IMG/VR virus record: IMGVR_UViG_3300033074_001499
Coordinates: 20,315-84,314 of that record
Origin: a virus
Taxonomy: Duplodnaviria > Caudoviricetes
DNA: 64,000 nucleotides
Strand: one strand, 5' to 3'
The position numbers and the translations under genes are program-made. The notes beneath the pieces were generated by a model. That model worked only from the letters and a program-made list of their open reading frames with translations, was not told the origin of the DNA and did no database searches. The stretch's first letter is position 1. Every line of letters begins with the position of its first letter. This document shows positions 28,418-36,630 of the stretch, in pieces.

Positions 28418-28492
28418 GGGCCTATAGCTTAAAGTAAAGCAGCCTGGCTCATAACCGGGAGGACTTAGGAGCGTTACCTATTGGGCCCACCA
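28418..28492 (+). tRNA. tRNA(CAU): Ile2 favoured over Met; atypical T-loop
   Basis: GGGCCTA/TGGGCCC-A-CCA; CCTGG-CTCATAA-CCGGG; C4:G69 and C5:G68 as in TilS substrates; T-loop AGCGTTA. Confidence 0.8.
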
Positions 28493-28516
28493 AACAAAAA
28501 TAGGAGAAATATTAAA

Positions 28517-29161
28517 ATGAAAGTAGAAATTGTTAGTTGTAGTAATCCGAGGTATTGGTATTTTTACAATGTGGGTCAAGTTCTTAATGTTGAAGAACAT
28601 CCATATTTTTCTGATTTGTACAAAGTTCCTGATGGAACCGTACTTTACAATTCAATCAGAATTGATGATTGTAGAGAAGTATTTGAAGTAATTCATAAAA
28701 CAAAAGGGAAAATTGAAGTTATTGAAAGCACCGAACTATGTTATCAAATTGCTGGAAAAGCTGAACTAGTTTGGAAAGGCTATTGTCAACCAATTAAACA
28801 GGAGAAAGAGATGAAACAAGAATTTATTAAATCCGATCTTAAGAATTTTATGCGTGTTAAATATCGTGATGGATCAATGCGGGTCTTCATTGAAGGAAGA
28901 TTCTATGCTCAAACCGCATGTTTGAATCATGTAGACAAATACACCCAAGAATTGTATAGGGACGACGGTATAGAAGATCCAACCGATATTATTGCTGTTT
29001 ATGATGAGCCTATTACGCGGGTTCTGAGTGAAGATGTGTACGGGAAATTAATTTGGGAACGAAAAGAGAAATCACAGCAAGAAATTGAACTAGAAAAACT
29101 TCAACAACAAATTAAAGAGCTTGAGAAACAAGCTCAGAAACTTAAGGAGACTCTTAAATGA
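28517..29161 (+). CDS. Hypothetical multi-module protein with C-terminal coiled coil
   Basis: AGGAGAAATAT RBS; start 28517. Confidence 0.75.
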   Translation: MKVEIVSCSNPRYWYFYNVGQVLNVEEHPYFSDLYKVPDGTVLYNSIRIDDCREVFEVIHKTKGKIEVIESTELCYQIAGKAELVWKGYCQPIKQEKEMKQEFIKSDLKNFMRVKYRDGSMRVFIEGRFYAQTACLNHVDKYTQELYRDDGIEDPTDIIAVYDEPITRVLSEDVYGKLIWERKEKSQQEIELEKLQQQIKELEKQAQKLKETLK

Positions 29162-29499
29162 AAATTAATCCTGATGAAGTTGTAAGTGTACATCTCACTT
29201 ATCGTCAAATTGCCAAACTTTATGCAATTATGGGCAGAGCCAGTGGTTGTGGTGCAAGTTCAGCTTGGGGTTTATTCAAAGAAATTCTAAAAGATTCTAA
29301 ACAAGAAAAATATAATAATTTTATTTATCCAAGATGCAATGATGATGTTGTGGAGTATTCAAAATATCAAGATGAGTGGGAAAAAATTATCTTTGGCTCT
29401 CCTAAGTCTGAAGCTGAAATTCAACTAGAAAAACTTGAAGATAAAATTAAAGAGCTACAAGAAGAAGCTCAAAAATTGAAAGAAACAATGCAAAAATAA
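29158..29499 (+). CDS. Hypothetical protein sharing the C-terminal coiled coil
   Basis: ORF track. Confidence 0.75.
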   Translation: MKINPDEVVSVHLTYRQIAKLYAIMGRASGCGASSAWGLFKEILKDSKQEKYNNFIYPRCNDDVVEYSKYQDEWEKIIFGSPKSEAEIQLEKLEDKIKELQEEAQKLKETMQK

Positions 29500-29505
29500 T
29501 TTCAT

Positions 29506-29540
29506 AGGGGCTTGACAGCCCCTTTTCTTTTGTCTAGAAT
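29506..29540 (+). promoter_or_regulatory. Fused terminator/promoter 2
   Basis: AGGGGC-TTGACA-GCCCCT-TTT; TTGACA-N17-TAGAAT. Confidence 0.8.
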
Positions 29541-29724
29541 TTAGCTATCAGAGACAAACAGAGGAAATTCAAATGAAAGGTTATGAGATTGTAAAGAAAA
29601 ATCCCGATGGATGGACAAGAGCTTATGTTGTTTTGTGGGGAGGGAAAGAAGTAGCACAATTCCGCTATAAAGATAGCGCTGAGTATTACATTAAAGAGGA
29701 TCGAATGAATAGGAATAGAACAAA

Positions 29725-29937
29725 ATGATTTTTCATCAGTGGCTGACAGATTTCTATCAGAATCGGAAAGAGCAACAATGCATGAGGCTTGGACAAGCTT
29801 TCTGTAATGATTTTATTTACAAACCCTTTCCTGAATTATATTATGAAAAAGATGAGCAAAAAGCTGTTGACACAATCAGTAAATGGCTTTATGATCACAA
29901 CTACCTAACCACACTTCCTCGTAAAATAGGAGAATAA
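29725..29937 (+). CDS. Hypothetical protein
   Basis: RLGQAF...PELYYEKD, a common phage early family. Confidence 0.75.
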   Translation: MIFHQWLTDFYQNRKEQQCMRLGQAFCNDFIYKPFPELYYEKDEQKAVDTISKWLYDHNYLTTLPRKIGE

Positions 29938-29938
29938 A

Positions 29939-30166
29939 ATGAAAATTAAATTTGAAAACTCTAGTTTTAAACCTATCACTATCATCATCGAAACACAAAA
30001 AGAACTTGACCAGCTTGTTGCTATGTGCAATCATTGCAATTTCGCTCATGAACATGAAAGTAACATTTCAACTGATATTTACTATGAGCTTGAAAGTTTT
30101 GTAAAAACTAAATATCGTGCCGATAATGCTATCGCTCTTTATGAGGTAACTGAAGATAAAAATTGA
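29939..30166 (+). CDS. Hypothetical protein (FKP-ETQ family)
   Basis: AGGAG RBS. Confidence 0.75.
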   Translation: MKIKFENSSFKPITIIIETQKELDQLVAMCNHCNFAHEHESNISTDIYYELESFVKTKYRADNAIALYEVTEDKN

Positions 30167-30395
30167 ACAAAAAGAAGCTGTATTTAGTCCTGTAGTTATC
30201 ACTCTGGAAACTCAAGAGGAAGTAGATCAAATGTATTCAATCATGTATTGGAATTGTATTGTCAGTGAGAGTACACAAGTTGAAATTGATACTTCAATTG
30301 AAGGCTACTTGTCTGGTAAAGCATCTAGTATCTCGCCTAAATACTTTCCTGAAGAAGGTAAAGTGGTGTATTTGAAAGAAAAGGAGGTGAATTAA
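30156..30395 (+). CDS. Hypothetical protein (FKP-ETQ family), ATA in the start position
   Basis: Open 79-codon frame with no upstream ATG; aligns with paralogs. Confidence 0.55.
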   Translation: MKIEQKEAVFSPVVITLETQEEVDQMYSIMYWNCIVSESTQVEIDTSIEGYLSGKASSISPKYFPEEGKVVYLKEKEVN

Positions 30396-30650
30396 ATGTC
30401 TTATATTAATATTGCAATGGATCAAGAAGAGTTTCTTAATTCTGTAGATTTTAGTTCTCTAACGCACGATCAAAGTTATCAGATTATTAAATCCATTGAT
30501 GACAGCGTGGGAGATTATGATTTTACAAAATACATTGCTAAAAATGCTTTGGAAATTTGCATTAATTGTGTGAAAGCTGATAATGCAGATGAAGAAGATT
30601 TTGAACTTCTTAAAAATGAAATCATGAGTCTTTTTGAGAAAGAATTTTAA
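30396..30650 (+). CDS. Acidic hypothetical protein
   Basis: AAGGAGGT RBS. Confidence 0.75.
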   Translation: MSYINIAMDQEEFLNSVDFSSLTHDQSYQIIKSIDDSVGDYDFTKYIAKNALEICINCVKADNADEEDFELLKNEIMSLFEKEF

Positions 30651-30749
30651 AGGAGAAATAAAAATGGAACTAGCTTCAGATGGCGTAGATGTTCTTAAGG
30701 CGCTGATGAGTAAAGCTAAAAAAGAACTAGAAAAAGAAGAAAAATAAGC

Positions 30750-30801
30750 TTGACAATACACTACCGCTTATGTACGATGTTTGTACGTAGGCGGTATTTT
30801 T
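30750..30801 (+). promoter_or_regulatory. Promoter overlapping a 14-bp terminator hairpin
   Basis: TTGACA-N17-TACGAT; stem 30762-30775/30783-30796 then TTTTT. Confidence 0.75.
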
Positions 30802-30835
30802 ATTTGGGTTTATTTTAAGTGGAGAAAATAGTAAA

Positions 30836-31198
30836 ATGAATAGAGCATTTTACAGGGTTTGGGGCAAATACTTTGGCTATCCTGAGTGCTGTACACAAGA
30901 AATGATTTCTTTCTATAAAAGAAATCCGAATAAATTTTATGGTCAGTTTGTTTTTGAATCGGAAAATGGTAGAAAATTTGATGGAACAGGGTTTATTCCT
31001 TGTAAAAAATGCAATAAAAAGAGTTTAAAAGAGCTAGAATCCACAATAAATAGAAATAGAATTTGTTTAAAGAAATTTCCTCAAGAAGAGAGCATAGACA
31101 TTTCTTTAAATTTCATAGAAAAATCAAGTAAATTTTCTAAAGTTGAAAAGAAATTAATAATGAGTGTTTATTTGGAGAAAATAAATGAAACCAACTAA
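30836..31198 (+). CDS. Hypothetical protein
   Basis: WGKYFGYPECC...GTGFIPCKKC, a recurrent phage family. Confidence 0.75.
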   Translation: MNRAFYRVWGKYFGYPECCTQEMISFYKRNPNKFYGQFVFESENGRKFDGTGFIPCKKCNKKSLKELESTINRNRICLKKFPQEESIDISLNFIEKSSKFSKVEKKLIMSVYLEKINETN

Positions 31199-31466
31199 GC
31201 TTTTCCATTGCACAACGCCAAAGAAGGCAAAGCTTTATTCAGGAACTGGACACATCTGCCTTCCTGTAAGAGGTTTTGAAACATTTGAGGGTGCTCTTGC
31301 TTGGTGTGTAAAAACAGGGAGGACAGTGGTTTTAGAGGTTAGTGGTTGGGAACAAGAGGAAATTCATAAGCTACCTGACCACCACAATAAATTTTCTAAT
31401 GCATTTTGGGTTGACAAAAATGTAACCGTGTGGCACTGTGTATTCAGTGCAGATAAAGACGCTTGA
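31185..31466 (+). CDS. Hypothetical protein
   Basis: LFHCTTPKK..Y..TG.I..PVRGF. Confidence 0.75.
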   Translation: MKPTKLFHCTTPKKAKLYSGTGHICLPVRGFETFEGALAWCVKTGRTVVLEVSGWEQEEIHKLPDHHNKFSNAFWVDKNVTVWHCVFSADKDA

Positions 31467-31475
31467 GGATACAAA

Positions 31476-32054
31476 ATGAGACAGTATCTTATAGGTTCGT
31501 GGAACAGCGCGGATGAATATGATTATTCTGGTGAGCAATTGATGGGAGCCAGGAATGGGAAATCAGTGTGTGCTGACCACATGCTACCTAATGGCATGGC
31601 TAACATCTCTCGTTATGGGGATGCCCCTAAAGCAAAGCCTAAGAGGCGTGCCATTGGTGATAGAATCGACTTGGCTAATGCTCATTATGAGCGTATGGAA
31701 GCTATGAGCAATGAGCTAGACAATGCTTATTTTGCTGGCGAGATGGACGATGAACGTTATGCATTGCTCCGTATGAAAATGAATGAAAGGCTTTCTAAAG
31801 CCTGGAAACGTCTTTCCAAGGAAAATGGGTGGAATGAAGAAAAGAAATCTTCTATCAATCCTGAAAAACCAATAGAAAATCACAATAAAAAGAAATCCTT
31901 GACAAACATCCTAGCACAAGCTATTCTCTTCGTAACAAAACAGCTAATTACTAGGGCTACAGTAGACAAAAATGGATTTATTCTTTCAACCATATCTACC
32001 CTACGTCCTGATAACAGCGTGCGTAAAATGTGTGAGAAACTACAATTAATTTAG
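31476..32054 (+). CDS. Hypothetical early protein
   Basis: ORF track; contains internal promoter TTGACA-N17-TATTCT at 31899-31927. Confidence 0.75.
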   Translation: MRQYLIGSWNSADEYDYSGEQLMGARNGKSVCADHMLPNGMANISRYGDAPKAKPKRRAIGDRIDLANAHYERMEAMSNELDNAYFAGEMDDERYALLRMKMNERLSKAWKRLSKENGWNEEKKSSINPEKPIENHNKKKSLTNILAQAILFVTKQLITRATVDKNGFILSTISTLRPDNSVRKMCEKLQLI

Positions 32055-32063
32055 GAGATTGAA

Positions 32064-32282
32064 ATGAAAGATTTTACTGCTGTAGTTCTTGGTCTTGTCG
32101 GTGGAATTGGAATTTTCTTAATTGGCGCTACCATTAATACATTTGGCGACCCTACGCAAGAACAGATTGGGCACACTTATGGTGATCTTGTCAATATGAA
32201 AAAAGAATGTGAAGAAGACTTGCCAAGAAATCAACAATGCACTGTCCTTGTTCAATATCTCCCTCAACAGGAAGGAAAATAA
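32064..32282 (+). CDS. Hypothetical membrane-anchored protein
   Basis: N-terminal TM helix; CE..LPRNQ.C. Confidence 0.7.
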   Translation: MKDFTAVVLGLVGGIGIFLIGATINTFGDPTQEQIGHTYGDLVNMKKECEEDLPRNQQCTVLVQYLPQQEGK

Positions 32283-32283
32283 A

Positions 32284-32478
32284 ATGCAAAAAGCAACTGT
32301 TTACATTTATGAATCTCTGAAAGATTATGCCAACAGCAAGTGTGTTGTAGAACTCTCAGGTGTTACTAATGTTGGTAGCACTGTGGCTGGAGGCTATTTC
32401 TTTGCAATTGGCGAAGAACAAGAAGAACAACACGCTTTTCCTCCAGACACTATTTTTGTCATCATTGCTCAGGAATAA
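32284..32478 (+). CDS. Hypothetical protein
   Basis: Internal ATG (MQKATVYIY) with GGAAGG RBS. Confidence 0.65.
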   Translation: MQKATVYIYESLKDYANSKCVVELSGVTNVGSTVAGGYFFAIGEEQEEQHAFPPDTIFVIIAQE

Positions 32479-33347
32479 TTAAAATGAAAAAACAATCTCA
32501 CAAAGAATCTAATTCTTGGATGTTTGAAGAAGAAAAGAAAATCTCCAAGAAACAGCATAAAGCTTTCCGGGATCATCGCAAAGCAAAGCGTAATGTGTGG
32601 GAGAGTAATTAAATGGGTATTATTAATTTTCTTGCGTGTGTTTTCATGTGGTACACGTTGTCTGGTATGTGGAAACACATTAGGAAACAAGAAAAATTCA
32701 TTATCGGAGTGATTTTCCTTGTAAATGCTGGTTATGTGCTGTATGATCTTTTCAAATTACTAAACTAGTGGTGAATAAAATGCGTTATCTTGAGCAATTT
32801 TACATTGACAAAGCAATGGAATGCAAAGACAATAACGATATGTTTGGATATGCATATTGGATGCAATGTGCCTTCGATGTTTCATCTATTGAAGAGGATA
32901 TGTAAAATGAGCAATGAAATGTATGTTGTGATTGGTGAAGACAAAGAAAGCGGAGAAACTTGGATTTGTGAAACTGGGGACTATATTAATCCGAAGCAAC
33001 TAGTGAGTAAAGAAGAAGCAGAGGAATTCGTTAAAGCTTTTAGTGAAATTTTCGATTACGCAACATATCGCATTGCAAAGCTTTCTTGGCTTGATTAATT
33101 ATGATTAATTAATAGGAGAAAATTAAAATGAATGTAGATGACGTTAAATACAAAATTGAAGTGATGCAAGCTTATGTTGAAGGGAGACAAATTCAATTTG
33201 CCATGAGATATGGCGAGGACTGGGATCATGTTTCAGATAAATTTAATTATCTTAGTGTAGATACTAACTTGGTTGTATCTTTGCAAAAATAAACCTTATT
33301 GGGATGACGACCACGCCCAGTCTCCTGGGCATTACTGAGGAAAGGAC

Positions 33348-33539
33348 ATGAGCAACAAAGTCAAGATCAACCTTTATATAGGCACCGGCTTCTCCGGGCG
33401 CAAATACGAAGATCACGAATATGTAGATCGTAATGAGTGGGAAGCGATGAGCGAGAAAGAACAGCAAGATTATCTTGATCGAGCGGCGTTGGACTTTCTT
33501 GCAAACCACATTGAGTGGTCGGCTTACGTGGATGAGTAA
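33348..33539 (+). CDS. Hypothetical protein in GC-richer cassette
   Basis: ORF track; GAGGAAAGGA RBS. Confidence 0.75.
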   Translation: MSNKVKINLYIGTGFSGRKYEDHEYVDRNEWEAMSEKEQQDYLDRAALDFLANHIEWSAYVDE

Positions 33540-33685
33540 CCCGGCGCTCTGGCTGTAGCGGGGCTATGTATGAGGAAATGAGATAAGTAAGTACGCAACA
33601 GAAGACAGCCTTATGCCGGCCTGGTTTTGAATAGAAATTCTATCGAATTTCTCTTTTCAATTAAAACAATCAATGAATAATTTTT

Positions 33686-33725
33686 AGCCTCCTTGCTTGA
33701 CAGCTTGGGGGCTTTTTGTTTTAAT
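33686..33725 (+). promoter_or_regulatory. Fused terminator/promoter 3
   Basis: AGCCTCCTTGC-TTGACA-GCTTGGGGGCT-TTTT; TTGACA-N17-TTTAAT. Confidence 0.7.
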
Positions 33726-33762
33726 TAGCTCAACAGCAAACGAAACCCCGGAGAACAAAGAC

Positions 33763-33966
33763 ATGTTAAATAAAGACCAAGTTGTCAAGGAACTTGAGAA
33801 ATTCGAGATAAACGGGATATCCAAGGTTGTTTTCAAAGTGATTGATTACAGCGATAATCGTTTTGCACCTGAGAAAATAGCCTACCGTGTTTTCTACACT
33901 GATTGGTTTGGCAACCGCAGAAAAGTTACATATTACCCGAATACTCTAGGTTTTCAATGGAGCTAA
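33763..33966 (+). CDS. Hypothetical early protein
   Basis: GGAG RBS; start 33763. Confidence 0.7.
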   Translation: MLNKDQVVKELEKFEINGISKVVFKVIDYSDNRFAPEKIAYRVFYTDWFGNRRKVTYYPNTLGFQWS

Positions 33967-33982
33967 GAATTAACAAAAAAGC

Positions 33983-34011
33983 TTGACACCCTCTGCAACA
34001 CACATTAATAT
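33983..34011 (+). promoter_or_regulatory. Early sigma70 promoter
   Basis: A-tract UP element, TTGACA-N17-TAATAT. Confidence 0.75.
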
Positions 34012-34051
34012 GAAGCTGTAAACAAAACATACGTCCCAGGAGGACAAGAAA

Positions 34052-34423
34052 ATGAACGCTAATGTAATTGCTCTGATTGCTTCTTTCGCCAAAGCTAACA
34101 AAATCGGCAAAGCTAAAGTGGAAGCCTTCGTCTCTGAGTTGGTAGAGATGATGCCTCAAGCTTCTAGTAATAAAGTGGGTCGTAAAGCTTCTGTTGAGAC
34201 TGTCGAGCTTCGCAATAGCGTGATGACTGCTCTTGATGAACTGAAAGACGAAGCTTTCACTGTCAAGGAAGTGGCTGAAAAGCTTCAAGCTGAGCCCATC
34301 CATATCCACAACGCTCTGAAATTCTTGAAAGAAAATAACAAAATCTCTCTTGACGTTGTTGGGAAAGCTGAGGTAGAATCTGGAAAACGTGGTAAGAAAC
34401 CTGTTCTTTACAAGGTAGCATGA
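34052..34423 (+). CDS. Putative winged-helix DNA-binding early protein
   Basis: FTVKEVAEKL...IHNALKFL...VVGK...GKRGKKPVLYKV wHTH-like pattern; AGGAGG RBS. Confidence 0.6.
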   Translation: MNANVIALIASFAKANKIGKAKVEAFVSELVEMMPQASSNKVGRKASVETVELRNSVMTALDELKDEAFTVKEVAEKLQAEPIHIHNALKFLKENNKISLDVVGKAEVESGKRGKKPVLYKVA

Positions 34424-34550
34424 TGACAGAAGACCAAGCTAGATTGCAAAAAGCCTGTAAGATGTTAGAGCAGGCTTTAGCAGCGCTAAATCCCAATAAA
34501 AGACTTGCGCTTGAAATCAAACAATTTCTAAACTCAGTAAGGAATTTGAA

Positions 34551-34739
34551 ATGAAATATGAATTAGAAATTATCCCAATCAGTGGATTTCAGGATGAACA
34601 TTTGGAAGTTTTCCACAATGAGCTTGAATTGAAAAACTGGCTTGTTGACAATGGTTTCAAATCTCATGTAAAATTCACTGACTATCAAGGGTTTATTTCA
34701 CCTACTGGTGATATAGCTATCTGGAGAACTCAACAATGA
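34551..34739 (+). CDS. Hypothetical protein
   Basis: ORF track. Confidence 0.65.
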   Translation: MKYELEIIPISGFQDEHLEVFHNELELKNWLVDNGFKSHVKFTDYQGFISPTGDIAIWRTQQ

Positions 34740-34875
34740 ATAGTCACTTGCAAGCCATGATTGAACGTGCTAGCATCTCTGAAATTGAGAATGCAATGCG
34801 AATAGCTTTTCTGTTTTCTCCTAGCTTCTATAGGGCTCTTGAGAAAGAAAAACAAAAGAAAATGCAAAATAGTAA

Positions 34876-34904
34876 TTGACAGCAAGACAGACAAGGCTTA
34901 GAAT
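34876..34904 (+). promoter_or_regulatory. Early sigma70 promoter
   Basis: TTGACA-N17-TAGAAT. Confidence 0.85.
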
Positions 34905-34942
34905 TACTCCATCAAGACAACAAACGTAATCGGAGATTCATC

Positions 34943-35185
34943 ATGCAAACTCTCATCACTAAATACTATAGCCCCACTAACACCAAGCCTTCTCGTATCA
35001 AGGTGACTAGCTGGAAAGGCAGTAAATTTTATAGCCGGGATTACAGCTTAGGTGTTAATGACAATCATGTTTTTGCAGCAGCCCTTTATATCGGGAATCA
35101 GCTCAACACTCAGGATCACGAATGGAAGATTGTAGCGAAAGGCGAAATGCCTGATAACACTGGTAAAGCATTCATCATCGAATAA
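34943..35185 (+). CDS. Hypothetical early protein
   Basis: ITKYYSPTNTKPSRIKVT, a recurrent phage family. Confidence 0.8.
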   Translation: MQTLITKYYSPTNTKPSRIKVTSWKGSKFYSRDYSLGVNDNHVFAAALYIGNQLNTQDHEWKIVAKGEMPDNTGKAFIIE

Positions 35186-35199
35186 AGGAGAATAAACAA

Positions 35200-35382
35200 A
35201 TGGTATATCAAGGCATTAAAGCTACGGAGCTTATCAAGAAACTTAAAGATATGGTTGATAAGCATGGTGATCGTGAGGTTATTGTAAACGGAGGAGATTA
35301 TCCCGAACCTTGTTCTGGTGTGATTCTACAAAAGGATGACAATAACCCGTATGTCCCTAAAGGCACGTTCAAGATTTACTAA
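35200..35382 (+). CDS. Hypothetical protein
   Basis: AAGGAG RBS. Confidence 0.7.
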   Translation: MVYQGIKATELIKKLKDMVDKHGDREVIVNGGDYPEPCSGVILQKDDNNPYVPKGTFKIY

Positions 35383-35389
35383 TAAGCAT

Positions 35390-35413
35390 AAGCCCCTACC
35401 CTTGGGGCTTTTT
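35390..35413 (+). terminator. Intrinsic terminator
   Basis: AAGCCCC-N7-GGGGCTT-TTT. Confidence 0.8.
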
Positions 35414-35449
35414 AATATCTAAAATTTATAAAAATCTTTCAAAAATAGC

Positions 35450-35478
35450 TTGCATGTCCTCGAAAACCTGGCTAGAAT
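35450..35478 (+). promoter_or_regulatory. Early sigma70 promoter
   Basis: TTGCAT-N17-TAGAAT with AT-rich UP element. Confidence 0.7.
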
Positions 35479-35700
35479 GAGCACAACAAAGCAAGAAAGC
35501 TTCCTCAAACACTAAAACAAGGTAATTCAAAATGACTCTTACCCAAGCTGTGATGAAGAAAAACGCACTTAAGAAACAAGGCATTCGCTGCCAAATAAAA
35601 TGTCTGCATGGCTCTAATGATTCTGCCTTGTGGACTGTACTGGTAAAAGACATAGACTACTGTGATGCATAAAATTTACAGGAATTTTTAGAAAAATTAG

Positions 35701-35729
35701 TTGACGCGCAGCGTAGCTTCAATTAAAAT
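35701..35729 (+). promoter_or_regulatory. Early sigma70 promoter
   Basis: TTGACG-N17-TAAAAT with UP element. Confidence 0.8.
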
Positions 35730-35766
35730 CTAATCATCAAAAGCAAAAACCCAAAGGACACCAATC

Positions 35767-36003
35767 ATGAAAGTTTCCAAAGGTTATAACGGCTACAAAA
35801 ATTACAACCAGTGGAATATCTCTCTATGGATAAACAATGATGAAGGGTTGTATCGGATGGCTAAGGAATATGTGTCTGTGTACAATCGCAAAGAAGCAGC
35901 ACAAGCAATGCTTGATGATCTGAAAGAGTATGGAATCACTCACACACAAGATGGTGTTAAATTCTCCAAAACTGGTATCCTGGCTGCAATGGTGGGAATG
36001 TAA
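35767..36003 (+). CDS. Hypothetical early protein
   Basis: YNGYKNYNQWNISLWINNDEGLY, a recurrent phage family. Confidence 0.8.
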   Translation: MKVSKGYNGYKNYNQWNISLWINNDEGLYRMAKEYVSVYNRKEAAQAMLDDLKEYGITHTQDGVKFSKTGILAAMVGM

Positions 36004-36019
36004 AACATACACCCTTTAC

Positions 36020-36113
36020 GAGGTTGTAGCTTAATTTAAAAGCAGCGAGGAACACAGAGGCTTCATAAAAGCCAATGCATCCGTCAATGCAGGTGCAAAT
36101 CCTGCCGACCTCA
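36020..36113 (+). ncRNA. tRNA-like RNA with enlarged central domain, no CCA
   Basis: Acceptor GAGGTTG/CGACCTC, D-stem GCTT/AAGC, T-arm GCAGG-TGCAAAT-CCTGC. Confidence 0.7.
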
Positions 36114-36123
36114 CTCTATTCTG

Positions 36124-36149
36124 AAGCCTCCTTGATTGGAGGCTTTTTT
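36124..36149 (+). terminator. Intrinsic terminator
   Basis: AAGCCTCC-N6-GGAGGCTT-TTTT. Confidence 0.85.
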
Positions 36150-36186
36150 ATTCCTAAATTCTAATAAATTTTTCTACAGAAAAGGC

Positions 36187-36214
36187 TTGCATCTGATTCC
36201 TCAAGCTGTATAAT
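36187..36214 (+). promoter_or_regulatory. Early sigma70 promoter
   Basis: TTGCAT-N16-TATAAT with TG. Confidence 0.75.
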
Positions 36215-36256
36215 GAACCCATAGAAAGCAAAAACATCAACACAAGGAATACTGAA

Positions 36257-36448
36257 ATGACCATCTACTTGAACCTGAAAACCTCTCAAGGTCGTGAAAC
36301 TGTAGACCAGATCGACAAGCAAGACGGACAATCTAACAAGGAACATCGTGCGTATATTCGTAACATGGTGAAAGAATATCACTTGGCTGGAATGAATGTT
36401 TACACTAGCTCCCGCTGCTGTGCCAACTGGAATAGCAAAAATGATTGA
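36257..36448 (+). CDS. Hypothetical early protein
   Basis: ORF track, AAGGA RBS. Confidence 0.75.
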   Translation: MTIYLNLKTSQGRETVDQIDKQDGQSNKEHRAYIRNMVKEYHLAGMNVYTSSRCCANWNSKND

Positions 36449-36605
36449 TTGGACTAAGGCACCAAAAGAAGCCACACACTGGGCTGATGACAGATGGTAC
36501 AGTAATTTGCACGGTGGGTGGTATCATTGGAACAATGTAGGATTGTGGATCATGTGCAGTCCTAGCGCATCTAGAATATCTGAAATGATTGAAAGAAAAG
36601 CTTGA
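36441..36605 (+). CDS. Hypothetical protein (DWTKAPKEATH module)
   Basis: Module related to N-terminus of 20385..20948. Confidence 0.65.
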   Translation: MIDWTKAPKEATHWADDRWYSNLHGGWYHWNNVGLWIMCSPSASRISEMIERKA

Positions 36606-36630
36606 TAGCCTAGAGCCTAGTCTGTAAGAT
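36602..36630 (+). promoter_or_regulatory. Early sigma70 promoter
   Basis: TTGATA-N17-TAAGAT with TG. Confidence 0.7.

Noticed and set aside
36020-36113. tmRNA or intron-containing tRNA
   Set aside because: Too short, has a D-stem, and has no tag ORF or recognisable splice structure.
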